A stretch of DNA of 64,000 nucleotides, from positions 1 through 64,000 of the IMG/VR virus record IMGVR_UViG_3300025150_000006; one strand, given 5' to 3'. Made by a program: the position numbers and the translations under genes. Shown here piece by piece: positions 1-8,847 of the stretch (within the stretch, counting starts at the first letter, position 1; each line of letters starts with the position of its first letter). The notes below the pieces were generated by a model, which was not told the DNA's origin, ran no database searches, and was given only the letters and a program-made list of their open reading frames with translations. This DNA is from a virus.

Positions 1-1
1 G

Positions 2-112
2 GTCGCCAAGGTCAAAGGTGAGATCGTCACGGTCGAGTTCCCGGAACAAACCGTGCCCTGCCACCGAAGCAACCTGATTCTCTTCAATGAGAGACACCTA
101 GAACCTCGCTGA
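2..112 (+). CDS. 3' end of a hypothetical protein cut by the window edge
   Basis: Open frame VAKVKGEIVTVEFPEQTVPCHRSNL...EPR* with high-GC3 codons. Confidence 0.55.
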   Translation, partial: VAKVKGEIVTVEFPEQTVPCHRSNLILFNERHLEPR

Positions 113-133
113 TATAGTCGGCATCCCAAACCG

Positions 134-442
134 ATGGAGGTGGCCATGGGCATCCGCACCTGGTTCCTGTCCCGAGTCCAAAAGATCCCCCCTCAACCAC
201 TCGAACAACTGGACCCGGACCTTCTCACGTCTCCCGAACGGGCTCTGGTGGTCCGAGCACGCATTGAGGCCGGGCTGAAGCCCTGGCCCAGTCGAGACGA
301 CGACCACTACTTCAACACCATCATAGGTAAGTGCCGTGAGTGCGGTGCGGAGATCTACGGTGGGATTGCAAGTTCCGAGCGATGGCTTCCCGGTGGAGAA
401 CACTTCTCCCTGTGCGAGAAGCACATGAATCGCGTCCCCTAA
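134..442 (+). CDS. Hypothetical protein with CxxC...CxxH possible Zn site
   Basis: ORF with CRECG...LCEKH; GGAGG precedes the internal ATG, so the true start may be 146. Confidence 0.6.
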   Translation: MEVAMGIRTWFLSRVQKIPPQPLEQLDPDLLTSPERALVVRARIEAGLKPWPSRDDDHYFNTIIGKCRECGAEIYGGIASSERWLPGGEHFSLCEKHMNRVP

Positions 443-445
443 ACG

Positions 446-477
446 GGGGCTCAACTTGACGAAGCCATCCGTAGTAG
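446..477 (+). promoter_or_regulatory. Phage promoter-like motif, class I (GGGGCTCAA-N14-CCGTAGTAG)
   Basis: One of five exact copies with identical 14-nt spacing, all intergenic. Confidence 0.8.
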
Positions 478-502
478 GAATGTGACCAATTACCGGAGAC
501 GA

Positions 503-744
503 ATGATGACCGATGGAGATCAGAAGGTATTGGACGCCCTCCGTACCCTAGCTATGGCCCTGGGTGGATACCGCATCACCTTCCATCCCATCGCAACCAA
601 GTTTGCCCCCCGGAGCAGGCCAAAGACGTCCACACCGGGCACTGCTGCATCGCCCACGGGTGCAAGTACAACAACCCGGACTGTCCGGTGGAGACCGGGA
701 ACCTGCTGCAAGAGTTCCCGTGTGAGGAATGCACTGAAGCATGA
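503..744 (+). CDS. Small Cys/His-rich protein needing a -1 shift at the C6 run 606-611
   Basis: GGAG+ATG at 503 in one frame; the domain VHTGHCCIAHGCKYNNPDCPV...PCEEC lies in the -1 frame with no start codon and ends TGA 742-744 overlapping ATG 741. Confidence 0.55.
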
Positions 745-1649
745 TCCGGGTCAACCCCACCACCGCTCTGGAACTCCAGCAGCAACAACTTGAGTTCAGC
801 CAGTCACCCAATGGGTTGAAGTTCTGGGACAACTTCTACCACGATGCCCGCCAGATGAGCCAAGTGACCCGCTCGGCTGAGGTCTCGACACTCCGTACTG
901 CCCCAACCTACCTCGTCACGAAAGAGATGTATGACCTCGCCCTGTACGCTGCGAGGACGATGCCCAACACACCGCTCACGGCTTCTGATCTCCCGAGCAT
1001 CGCCGGATTCTGTCTCTACCAGGAACCCTCAGTAGCCCCTGACATCTCAGGGAAAGTCGTTTCCGACGCAGGCTTCTCCTGGCACCTCACCATCGTGGGA
1101 GACAAGCCCGGTGTCTTCTGGGTCAACTACAGTGACATCACGGACCCACGAGACGCTTTCTATGACCCGAACCTCCCGACTTGGGCTCCCCGCTTGCTTC
1201 CCATAGGGAGCTTCTTCGAGCCCTTCGGGGAGGGTGTCCCCTTCGATGACATCCTCATCAACCAGGAAACCACACAGGAGGCCCTGGATGAGAGCCTCCT
1301 CTATAGCCGGAAAGTCCCCCTCTGTCTCTTCGCTCTGATGCAGCAGACCATCGTCCAGACCGACACTGAGAAGCCCGAGCGGGCCACTCGCCGTCGGCTA
1401 CAGAAGGCCAACTCCCCCTTGCAGGGGAACCAGATCAAGGTGGTTCGACTCCGCCGTCTGGTTCGCCGGGACCCCAAGGACGGGGAATGCCGTCCTGTGG
1501 ACTGGACTCACCGCTGGGTCGTCAACGGCCACTGGCGAATGCAGCCCACCAAGGAGGGGGTGAAACGGATCTGGATCATGCCTTTCGTGAAGGGTGACCC
1601 AGATCTCCCCCTGCTCATCAAGCCGACGGTTCACCACCTCGTCCGCTAG
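741..1649 (+). CDS. Phage hypothetical protein with C-terminal HRWVVNGHWR...RIWIxPFVKG motif
   Basis: 302-aa ORF; GHWR motif is common in uncharacterised phage proteins. Confidence 0.75.
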   Translation: MIRVNPTTALELQQQQLEFSQSPNGLKFWDNFYHDARQMSQVTRSAEVSTLRTAPTYLVTKEMYDLALYAARTMPNTPLTASDLPSIAGFCLYQEPSVAPDISGKVVSDAGFSWHLTIVGDKPGVFWVNYSDITDPRDAFYDPNLPTWAPRLLPIGSFFEPFGEGVPFDDILINQETTQEALDESLLYSRKVPLCLFALMQQTIVQTDTEKPERATRRRLQKANSPLQGNQIKVVRLRRLVRRDPKDGECRPVDWTHRWVVNGHWRMQPTKEGVKRIWIMPFVKGDPDLPLLIKPTVHHLVR

Positions 1650-2422
1650 TCGAGGGGTGAAGGCCCCTTGACCGTGCCCGAGTCCTGGTAGTGTGACCCC
1701 TCGTCCTGACCGTAGAGGTCATCAACCTCTATGAGACGCCCAGGATCCACCTCTTCCTCTATTTGGCCCACATCGAACCCAAGATGATGAGGCCCGGTAG
1801 GAAGGAACCGAATGATCTCATTCTTAGCAATGGATCTGATGACGTGTGCCATCCCTTTGCCCCAGGCCGGGGTGAAGTAGATCTGGAACAGCCGGTCACC
1901 GGGTCGAACGAGCACAGGCTCCGTGGCCTCGATCTCCAGTGTCCACCTACCGTTGAACCCGTTGTCACCGACGCCTGCGGTCTTGTGAGCCTCGATGGAC
2001 AGGCGACCACAGGTGGAACGGCCGTCCAGATGAGGCACCACCCCACGGCAGTAGGTCGTCTCCAGCGTCTCCCCCAGGTAGAACTGGCCCGGCACGAGGA
2101 GCCAGTGGTCGTTGTACGGATACTTGGGCCGTCCTTGCCCGGTCGGACCGTAGCAAGAATACGGGTCCCCTGGAGGCCCCGGGCGGATGCCCCCCACCTT
2201 CAGGACATCCACCAACGGTGGGGGATTCTGGGGATCAATGGTCTGAAACCTCTTCCCTGAAACTGGATCATAGACGGTCACCCGACCCTCGGTGGGATGG
2301 TACATCTTGAGACTGTTCCCAAGCCGCAGGTCGATGCTGTTCGGCCCGATTTTCACCGGGTCGGGAGTCACCTTGATGAGCCCTGCTTCCATCAACAGCT
2401 TGATCGCCGGTCGTGTCAGCAT
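1646..2422 (-). CDS. dcd: dCTP deaminase
   Basis: IGPNSIDLRLG, GRSTCGRL, GVGDNGFNGRWTLEI, QIYF motifs. Confidence 0.9.
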   Translation of the reverse strand: MLTRPAIKLLMEAGLIKVTPDPVKIGPNSIDLRLGNSLKMYHPTEGRVTVYDPVSGKRFQTIDPQNPPPLVDVLKVGGIRPGPPGDPYSCYGPTGQGRPKYPYNDHWLLVPGQFYLGETLETTYCRGVVPHLDGRSTCGRLSIEAHKTAGVGDNGFNGRWTLEIEATEPVLVRPGDRLFQIYFTPAWGKGMAHVIRSIAKNEIIRFLPTGPHHLGFDVGQIEEEVDPGRLIEVDDLYGQDEGSHYQDSGTVKGPSPLD

Positions 2423-2601
2423 CCCTTCTGGTCCTTGTCTTCCAGGTCATCGCAGCAGGCTTCCAAGTATCGGATGGCCGCCGCAAGAAACGTCTCTGGA
2501 ATCATCTGAGGTGGCCGCCCCCGCTGGATGGTCTCGTGTGGGTCATAGGTCCGTTTGATAGAATCACACCAGTGCCTGATTCCTTTGGTGCTAACCGCCA
2601 T
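2416..2601 (-). CDS. Small hypothetical protein (MAVSTKG...)
   Basis: Fills the gap in the minus-strand operon with overlapping ends. Confidence 0.5.
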   Translation of the reverse strand: MAVSTKGIRHWCDSIKRTYDPHETIQRGRPPQMIPETFLAAAIRYLEACCDDLEDKDQKGC

Positions 2602-2860
2602 CAACCGTCCCCTTGTTCCAGACCGGTAGAGCCACAGTCTGGCCAGCCAGTGGGTGTGTGCAGTCTCCCAAGAACTGAATGTTGCCCTCACGAACAAAGG
2701 AGTGGCACACAGAATTGATCCCGTAGCGTACACGAATGGAGGGGGTCAAGGTCGGGTGCTCCAGGTCCCCATTCCACCCCCAAGGACTTGGATGGTGAGG
2801 TGTGACCTCGACATCCACGGCATGGGTCTCAGCACATCCGGGGCATCGAAACAAGAGCAT
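2591..2860 (-). CDS. DUF6527-like Zn-binding protein
   Basis: CPGC...WGWNGD...PTLTPSI...CHSFVREGNIQFLGDCTH. Confidence 0.75.
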   Translation of the reverse strand: MLLFRCPGCAETHAVDVEVTPHHPSPWGWNGDLEHPTLTPSIRVRYGINSVCHSFVREGNIQFLGDCTHPLAGQTVALPVWNKGTVDGG

Positions 2861-2892
2861 AGCCCCCTGTTTGGAACTTCGATCAGCCAACC

Positions 2893-3291
2893 TCAACCTC
2901 CCCACAACTGCCAGGCCAACCCGTTGAAGGCCAGGTGCATCAGATTGTCCGCGATGAACAGCAACCACAGGGTAAGCCACAGAGGCTTGTCCTTGTGGTA
3001 GCCAGTGGGCTGGCAGTCCTTCCACGGGAAACGCCAGCTCGAAGGGGCCAGTAGGTTCTTGGCCCACACCAGGTAGCGGGCCAACCGCCAGTGGTCGATG
3101 ACCAGGTGGGTTGCCCCAATCAGGATCAGGGGTTCCCACCTGGGCATCAACAGTGCGAACGGAAGGGTGTACAACGTCGCGTGTACAAGGGCTGGCCACC
3201 AGCGCTTCGTTTTCTCGTTGGCCATCCAGTCGCTCTGGGTGACATAGTCCCCGAGCACATGAAGCACCAGTAGCCAGTACCCTTCCATCAT
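2893..3291 (-). CDS. DUF3307-family membrane protein
   Basis: HVLGDYVTQSDWMA...H...THLVID...DNLMH and hydrophobic helices. Confidence 0.85.
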   Translation of the reverse strand: MMEGYWLLVLHVLGDYVTQSDWMANEKTKRWWPALVHATLYTLPFALLMPRWEPLILIGATHLVIDHWRLARYLVWAKNLLAPSSWRFPWKDCQPTGYHKDKPLWLTLWLLFIADNLMHLAFNGLAWQLWGG

Positions 3292-3298
3292 TGCTTCC

Positions 3299-5785
3299 TC
3301 AGTCCACGTCCAGCAGACCCTTGGCGACTTCGATCCCACGCTCGGTCGAGAAATGCTCGGCCTCCGTGAACACCCCCAGGAGCATACCCGTGCCGGGCAC
3401 CAGGTAGAACGTCCCCTCCTTCTCCGCCTTGGCGAGACTGATGGACGGGAACTTCTCGACGAGCTGGTCCGCCGTCAGGGCCTGCCCGAAGCTCTCCGGC
3501 ACGAGGCCGGTCGCCCCGACGTAGAACGCCAGCGGGGTGACGAACTTGGCGTACAGGTCGTCGATGGCCTTGTTCACAGCCTGGAGGGAGGACTTGAGCC
3601 AAGCCAGGGACTCGTCCTTGTCGTACCCGCCAGCCAGGAGGTCATCGATCTCCGGGGAGACGTAGGCCAGGGCCAGGGCCGCGTGCAGAGCACCTACGTC
3701 CCCGAGCCCAAGGAACCCGCTGTAGATCGGGAAGGTCAGGTCATCGACCGGGGTGAGCTTGGTACGGGCCGACAGGGCCTTGATCCCCCAGGTGTTCCCG
3801 TCCGCCCACCAGTCCTTGAGCGACGGCTTCTCCACCTCGGTGCCATCAGCCAGCTTCAGGGTGAACCGCCGCTGGAGGGCCGCATTGCCGCTGGCCAACT
3901 TGCCGAGGTTGGTGATCTCCGGGGTGCCGATCTTCACCTTGTAGGACAGGTAGGTATCCACCTCTCCCCGGTCCGTGGCCACCTTGAGGTCCGTGTAGGG
4001 CACGGTTGTCGGGGGGCTGAAGTACAGGGCCGGGGTGATGTAGCACTCCTTGAGTGCAGCCACCTGCTCAGAGGTCAGGGACTCGGACTCCCCCGCCGTC
4101 AGACCGGACAGGATCTTCTGGACGATGGTGAGCTGAGCCAGCTTCCAGAACAGATCCGCATCCAGATCGTCGAAAATCTGGTCGTAAGCCACCAGGGGCA
4201 TCGTGCTCAGGTCGATGTCGTACTGCTGCTCCGGGTTGAAATCTCCTGTTACGATGCCCATCTGCTTGAGGGCCGCGAAGCACCGCTTGTCACTCGTCTT
4301 GAGTGGCAAACTGGCGACGTTGACCTTGCCGTCTCCGACAAGGGTGTAGTTACGGAAGCTCTTGAGGTCGAGCTTGATCCCTGCGACCTCCTCGATCGAA
4401 CCGCCGGTCGTCAAATCGAGGAGCTTGCCATCCTCGACCAACCGGATGTTCGCCGTGGCGGTGTCCCGGTTGATGTCGATGCCCGAGACGGCCACAGCCG
4501 TGTTGTCCCGAGGAGTCTGGAGCTTGTGGGTCGGGGGGACGAGGTTGCCCGCATCATCACGAGAGCCAGCGATCTTCTTGAGACCACGACGGGTGTAGTT
4601 GGCACCCAGCTCCCTGGCGTTGACCCGCAGGCTGCTCTGGTACATCGAGAGCACCCGAAGCAACTCCAGCACGCTGGGGCCGGTCTCCCCGAGACCATAG
4701 CCGCCCTGGGTGACGATGAGGATCTTCTCGAACAGGTATTTCTCGATGTCAGCCGACATCGCAGCGACCTCGGAGGCCACCAGAGCCCGAGCGTGCCTCT
4801 TGATCAGAGGGGTGATCTGAGTGCTGACCATCGCGAACTTGGCGGCGTTCAGATTTCCCAGAGCGAGTTGAGCCCGGCAGAATGCCAGCAACGGTGTCAG
4901 GTCGGTGCTCTGGCCGTCGATGACCTCACCGCCCGCCAGGTTGTAGTTCGCCTCATCCACCTCCTGGTAGCGGTAGACGGTAGCATCATCGTCACCGGAG
5001 ATGCCACGGATGGTCAGGGACTCCGTCCCACCGAGCACCTTCTTGCCCTTCTGCGATACGAAGGTGATGAAGTCGAACTGACCGATGCCCGCTTCGATGA
5101 CCGGCGACATCTGGCCAGCGAGAAGGGTCTGCGTATCGTGCAGAGCCTTGTAGACCTCGCGGGCGTTGCTGGCCTGCATCGACTTGCCGCTCAGCCGGTT
5201 GGCGATGGCCGCGAGCAGGGCGAAGTCACAGTAGGACCGGTAGCCCACGGTGTTCACGAAGACGTTGGGGTGCTTCTCCAGCGCCTCGACCGCCTTCACG
5301 ATGTTCTGAGCCTCGGTGTAGGGACTCGGGTCGTTGGCGTAGCCATCGGTGTGGAGGGAGATGCAGGTGACCTCCTTGTCGTCGATGAGCTTCTCAGCCT
5401 GCACGAGCCCCTGGCTGATGCCCGTCATCCCACGAGTGCGGAGACCACGGATCTCGGAGAGATGGGGACTGTTCGGAGCCAGCACATCCTCGACGGTGAC
5501 GCGGCTGAAGTGGACGCGGCAGTCCCCGTTCGAGGCGTAGGTCAGGAAGCTGATCTTCATCGCGGGGTCGTTGAACTCCTCCGCTGTGAAAACCTTCTCG
5601 ATGATGTTCTTGACCGATTCGAGGTCACCCCACATCGAACCACTCACGTCGAGGATGGCGATGTGGTGGCTGGGGGAGACGACGGCCACCTTGGGGTCAG
5701 GCGTCACGTCCTCAGCTTCGACAGTGTAGAACCGGACAGGCTTGCCGGCATAGTTGTGCAGCGCGAACTTCATGTATCTCTCCAT
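3299..5785 (-). CDS. von Willebrand factor A domain protein (828 aa)
   Basis: MIDAS DVSGS...T...TDG in the N-terminal domain. Confidence 0.85.
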   Translation of the reverse strand: MERYMKFALHNYAGKPVRFYTVEAEDVTPDPKVAVVSPSHHIAILDVSGSMWGDLESVKNIIEKVFTAEEFNDPAMKISFLTYASNGDCRVHFSRVTVEDVLAPNSPHLSEIRGLRTRGMTGISQGLVQAEKLIDDKEVTCISLHTDGYANDPSPYTEAQNIVKAVEALEKHPNVFVNTVGYRSYCDFALLAAIANRLSGKSMQASNAREVYKALHDTQTLLAGQMSPVIEAGIGQFDFITFVSQKGKKVLGGTESLTIRGISGDDDATVYRYQEVDEANYNLAGGEVIDGQSTDLTPLLAFCRAQLALGNLNAAKFAMVSTQITPLIKRHARALVASEVAAMSADIEKYLFEKILIVTQGGYGLGETGPSVLELLRVLSMYQSSLRVNARELGANYTRRGLKKIAGSRDDAGNLVPPTHKLQTPRDNTAVAVSGIDINRDTATANIRLVEDGKLLDLTTGGSIEEVAGIKLDLKSFRNYTLVGDGKVNVASLPLKTSDKRCFAALKQMGIVTGDFNPEQQYDIDLSTMPLVAYDQIFDDLDADLFWKLAQLTIVQKILSGLTAGESESLTSEQVAALKECYITPALYFSPPTTVPYTDLKVATDRGEVDTYLSYKVKIGTPEITNLGKLASGNAALQRRFTLKLADGTEVEKPSLKDWWADGNTWGIKALSARTKLTPVDDLTFPIYSGFLGLGDVGALHAALALAYVSPEIDDLLAGGYDKDESLAWLKSSLQAVNKAIDDLYAKFVTPLAFYVGATGLVPESFGQALTADQLVEKFPSISLAKAEKEGTFYLVPGTGMLLGVFTEAEHFSTERGIEVAKGLLDVD

Positions 5786-5802
5786 GCAGAGGGTGCAGGA
5801 CT

Positions 5803-5832
5803 CTTACTCGGAAATGGGGGAAAAGAACCCCC
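5803..5832 (-). promoter_or_regulatory. Promoter-like motif, class III (GGGGGTTC-N13-CCGAGTAAG)
   Basis: Near-identical to the element at 6788-6819; sits just upstream of the vWA gene. Confidence 0.55.
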
Positions 5833-5834
5833 TT

Positions 5835-6206
5835 CTACTTCCCCTTCTTGGCGGCCCGACTCTCATCGTAGAGCTGTTCGAACCGCTTGATGCCTACGAG
5901 ATTCAGGCCGACGGCATTGGCGTAGTTCTGGAGCATGAGAGGACTCCACGCCCCACCACTGATCCTCAGCCGACGGGAATCCACCACTCTCCGCACCTTG
6001 GTCTGGCCTTCCAGTCTGAGGACGGGAGCACGGAAGATGAAGATCACCTGGTTGCCGGTCTTCGCCAGGAACAGGAACGCTTCCCCAGCCGCCAACTCAC
6101 CAGGGAAATGACTCGCCCGACGGAACAGCTCCAGGTTGGTGGCCTCACTTCGGGTGAAGGAACACTGGATGACTGCCTTGAGTCGGAGTTGGGTCAGGTC
6201 ACTCAC
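5835..6206 (-). CDS. Hypothetical protein
   Basis: GTG start overlaps the upstream TGA (GTGA); high-GC3 codons. Confidence 0.65.
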   Translation of the reverse strand: MSDLTQLRLKAVIQCSFTRSEATNLELFRRASHFPGELAAGEAFLFLAKTGNQVIFIFRAPVLRLEGQTKVRRVVDSRRLRISGGAWSPLMLQNYANAVGLNLVGIKRFEQLYDESRAAKKGK

Positions 6207-6766
6207 TGCACATCTCCGAGGTCGAACTGGTGATGAACCACCACCGTCAGTTTCCCATCGACGGTGAGGTTGATGGACTGGGCGTCGATGGACTCCATCC
6301 ACTGCTGGACGGCCCGCAGGTCGGCAGTGGTGCCGTTCGGGCCGTGGAGCGGGCTGATCACCAGATCTTCCGACTCCACGGGCTCCCTGTACATCTCCGG
6401 GGGCAGGGAGACCGGGATGATCTTGTCTGATGACTGCCCTTGCTCAGCCAACTTGGTCCGCACCGCTTGGAGGATGCTGTTGTCCACCCCGGAGCCATAC
6501 TTGGCTCGCAATGCCTTCTGGCACTGCATTCCGGTCTGTCCTAGACGGAGACAGGCTTCAATCAGCTTCATCTTCTCTTGAAGAGATCCGGGCCTCTTAC
6601 GGGGCTCTATACAGGTAGGCCCCTCCCCAAAGATAGTCTTGCGGAGTGCGGCCAAGGTCGCGGTTGAGACCGCAGAGCCGTACTCATCCCTAAGCGTCGC
6701 GAAGATCTGCTTGTTCGTCACACCCTGGCCAAGCAACTCAGTGACTCGTTCCATCTTTCCCAGCAT
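6203..6766 (-). CDS. Hypothetical protein with two HTH-like repeats
   Basis: Repeated unit ELLGQG..QIFATLRDEYGSAVS / CLRLG..CQKALRAKYGSGVD; GGAGG SD before ATG 6766. Confidence 0.65.
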   Translation of the reverse strand: MLGKMERVTELLGQGVTNKQIFATLRDEYGSAVSTATLAALRKTIFGEGPTCIEPRKRPGSLQEKMKLIEACLRLGQTGMQCQKALRAKYGSGVDNSILQAVRTKLAEQGQSSDKIIPVSLPPEMYREPVESEDLVISPLHGPNGTTADLRAVQQWMESIDAQSINLTVDGKLTVVVHHQFDLGDVQ

Positions 6767-6787
6767 AGGGAACCTCCGGTTGCCCCC

Positions 6788-6819
6788 CTTACTCGGAGGA
6801 AGCCAGGAGAGTACCCCCC
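6788..6819 (-). promoter_or_regulatory. Promoter-like motif, class III (GGGGGGTAC-N14-CCGAGTAAG)
   Basis: Second copy of the CCGAGTAAG element, upstream of a gene. Confidence 0.55.
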
Positions 6820-6846
6820 GAAAACCGGGATGTGTCAACTGAAAGC

Positions 6847-7119
6847 CTAGTCCTGCCTGATATTGGGTCGTTTCCCGGTCAGCAGCCATCGCATCAGGTG
6901 GTACTCACAGGGGACGTAACCCTGCTGGTCGTTCATGGCGAAAGCACGACGCGGGGCCGGGAACAGGAACGTGCAACGAACCCAAGGTCGGAGGAAGGGA
7001 TGTCCCAGGAACCATCCGACCTTGGGCCGCTCCCAGTCGATACCGAAGCGGATGCCACAACAGGTAGGGATGTCGTGCTTTCGTCCTTCTTCGGCCCAGT
7101 CGAGAACCCGACGGATCAG
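6847..7119 (-). CDS. Small Cys-containing hypothetical protein, start uncertain
   Basis: IPTCC...GYVPCEYH motif; no nearby canonical start. Confidence 0.4.
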   Translation of the reverse strand: MIRRVLDWAEEGRKHDIPTCCGIRFGIDWERPKVGWFLGHPFLRPWVRCTFLFPAPRRAFAMNDQQGYVPCEYHLMRWLLTGKRPNIRQD

Positions 7120-7328
7120 GTGAGGCCGAGGGCCTCCATCATCGGGATCGGAGCCGTGAGACCGAGCATCTCCCGCATCGTCCTCGGCTGGCGAGCTTTC
7201 TCCCACTTCTCCTCCAGGTACTCGGGGTCGTTCGCCATCAGACGCTTGTGGGTGAAAGCCGCAAGGCTCCCCACCACCATCGTGTGGACATCTTCGATCG
7301 CTACTGTGATGAACTGCTTCTGTGCCAT
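7116..7328 (-). CDS. Small hypothetical protein (MAQKQFIT...)
   Basis: GGAGG SD plus ATG; GC3-rich. Confidence 0.6.
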   Translation of the reverse strand: MAQKQFITVAIEDVHTMVVGSLAAFTHKRLMANDPEYLEEKWEKARQPRTMREMLGLTAPIPMMEALGLT

Positions 7329-7378
7329 GATGGACCTCCATCCCCTAATATACCCGAGTTTGCAGGAAAAACACAAAA

Positions 7379-7410
7379 GGGGCTCAACTCTGACCCCTCA
7401 CCCGTAGTAG
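7379..7410 (+). promoter_or_regulatory. Class I promoter-like motif
   Basis: GGGGCTCAA-N14-CCGTAGTAG. Confidence 0.8.
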
Positions 7411-7415
7411 GGTCA

Positions 7416-7860
7416 GAAGACAGAAGGTGCTCGGTAGCTGCCGAGCTAGTGAGGATGGCTCCTCATGAACAAGCGGAGTAGCGTTCGCACAACGGTAGGA
7501 AATCAACAGGCCACCCGTTAGGTAGCTGCTCAGTGGAGGACTTACCTGAGAAGCCCAGGGCTTCAGCCGGAGCCTTTGACGGGGGACAAAGTAAGGGGTG
7601 TCAGGTGGAGTCGATCGGGCTTCATCCCAGACTGTGAAGCCGGGCATCCTATCCCCCACCCATTGCTCTCTTTGGAGTCTCAACTGGGCGCTAGTGTTAA
7701 AGGCAACCGTCCACAAGGGCCGTGACTAAGCTCTAGGATAGAGTGCCCCACCCAACCGGAAGAGGTCTAGTCAACCAGAAGCCGGAAGGAGAAAACGCCC
7801 CCCTCACCCGGGGAAGTTCCAGGTGGAAGTCCTGGGCGTCCAGTTGAGCCCCCAAAGGGA
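7416..7860 (+). ncRNA. Putative structured ncRNA (~445 nt)
   Basis: No credible ORF; follows a class I motif; many hairpins plus long-range stem 7667-7691/7836-7860 whose G-U pairs work only on +. Confidence 0.55.
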
Positions 7861-7866
7861 CCCTTG

Positions 7867-8847
7867 CTACGAGAGCAATGAGGACAGCGAATGGGCATGG
7901 GAGAGCACCTCCGTAATGAGGGTACTCCCACCAATCACCGTTCCAAGAAAAACCAGGAAGTTTCTCGGGCTCAAGATGCCCTTACCAACTGCTGGGCCGA
8001 AGGCGCTGCGGATGCCGATGCCGTAGCGAGGCTGCTGCAAACCCCGGATGAATTTGACCGTCCGAGCTTTGGCTTCAGCCGCCTTGTCGAACTGACCCTC
8101 TGCATTGGACTTCAGCGACTCGTACTTGCTCGACTTGTCGATGCTCAGGCTCACGCCCCCAATCGAGTAGTCGAACTCCTCGTGGACCCAGTTGATGGCG
8201 AGAGCCATCAAGGCGTGGCTCATCGCCGCATAGTTGACGGCCATCGACCAGTCGGAGTTGCCTCTCAGCAAGCAGTTCAGATCACTGATGCCCGTGCGAG
8301 GTGGCATCATGTTCCACCAGCGCAACGCTTGATCCAGATAGACTTTCAACTCTTCATCGGTCCAGACGTAGCCGAAGATGCGGTTGTACTGCCCGATGTC
8401 ACACTCGTGCTCAGGTGGCCGGAAGTGGTAGTTCCGGTCTGGCGAATTATGTGAACAAATACAAGAGGTTGTGAGGATCAGGTTGTGGTTCCCTTCAACC
8501 GTCAGATCAAACATAAACTGACGGTCATCAATTTGAAGGACTGAAATCAAAGGGGTAACACGAACCTCACCCTCCCAAACCACAAGTACAGAGTCTCCGG
8601 GAACTAACGTTTCCGCATCCACAGCAAGATCAGGATTTGGGCTTCGGTATACTCGGTGCCCACCCGTAAAAACGGAAGAACCGAACTTTGTGGTTAGTTC
8701 CCAAATGGATTCCGGTCGAACATCCGCCCGGTGAACAGCCTGTACCTGCCGCCATTCCAATACACCCCCAGAAGATACGGACTGCACACGCAGTTCCCCT
8801 GCCCGGAATGCCTGACGCAATTGGTCTCGTTGAGCACTAGTGATCAT
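7867..8847 (-). CDS. Split-intein C-part (134 aa) fused to C-extein of a putative neck/head-completion protein
   Basis: Intein block B FTGGHRV, block F MFDLTVEGNHNL, block G CSHN|S; the extein resembles head-tail adaptor proteins (YSIGGVSLSID). Confidence 0.85.
   Translation of the reverse strand: MITSAQRDQLRQAFRAGELRVQSVSSGGVLEWRQVQAVHRADVRPESIWELTTKFGSSVFTGGHRVYRSPNPDLAVDAETLVPGDSVLVVWEGEVRVTPLISVLQIDDRQFMFDLTVEGNHNLILTTSCICSHNSPDRNYHFRPPEHECDIGQYNRIFGYVWTDEELKVYLDQALRWWNMMPPRTGISDLNCLLRGNSDWSMAVNYAAMSHALMALAINWVHEEFDYSIGGVSLSIDKSSKYESLKSNAEGQFDKAAEAKARTVKFIRGLQQPRYGIGIRSAFGPAVGKGILSPRNFLVFLGTVIGGSTLITEVLSHAHSLSSLLS
8446..8847 (-). mobile_element. IntC of an atypically split intein
   Basis: Begins with Met, no block A, ends HN followed by Ser+1. 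Confidence 0.85.

Noticed and set aside
110-120. GATATAGTC, the group I intron S motif
   Set aside because: Isolated; no partner elements and no space between genes
3353-5890. 845-aa + strand ORF and similar long antisense ORFs (12337-14466, 28572-30311, 43487-45154)
   Set aside because: Shadow ORFs opposite high-GC3 genes; no motifs or SD, and the opposite strand has recognisable domains
5835-6206. Faint resemblance to IS66 Orf2
   Set aside because: No transposase or terminal repeats; similarity too weak
7760-7790. GTTGACTAGAC on - resembles HEARO/omega-RNA; ACCAGAAGCCGG on + resembles the RNase P 3' region
   Set aside because: No IscB nearby, G-U pairing supports +, and the RNase P GAGGAAAGUCC partner is missing
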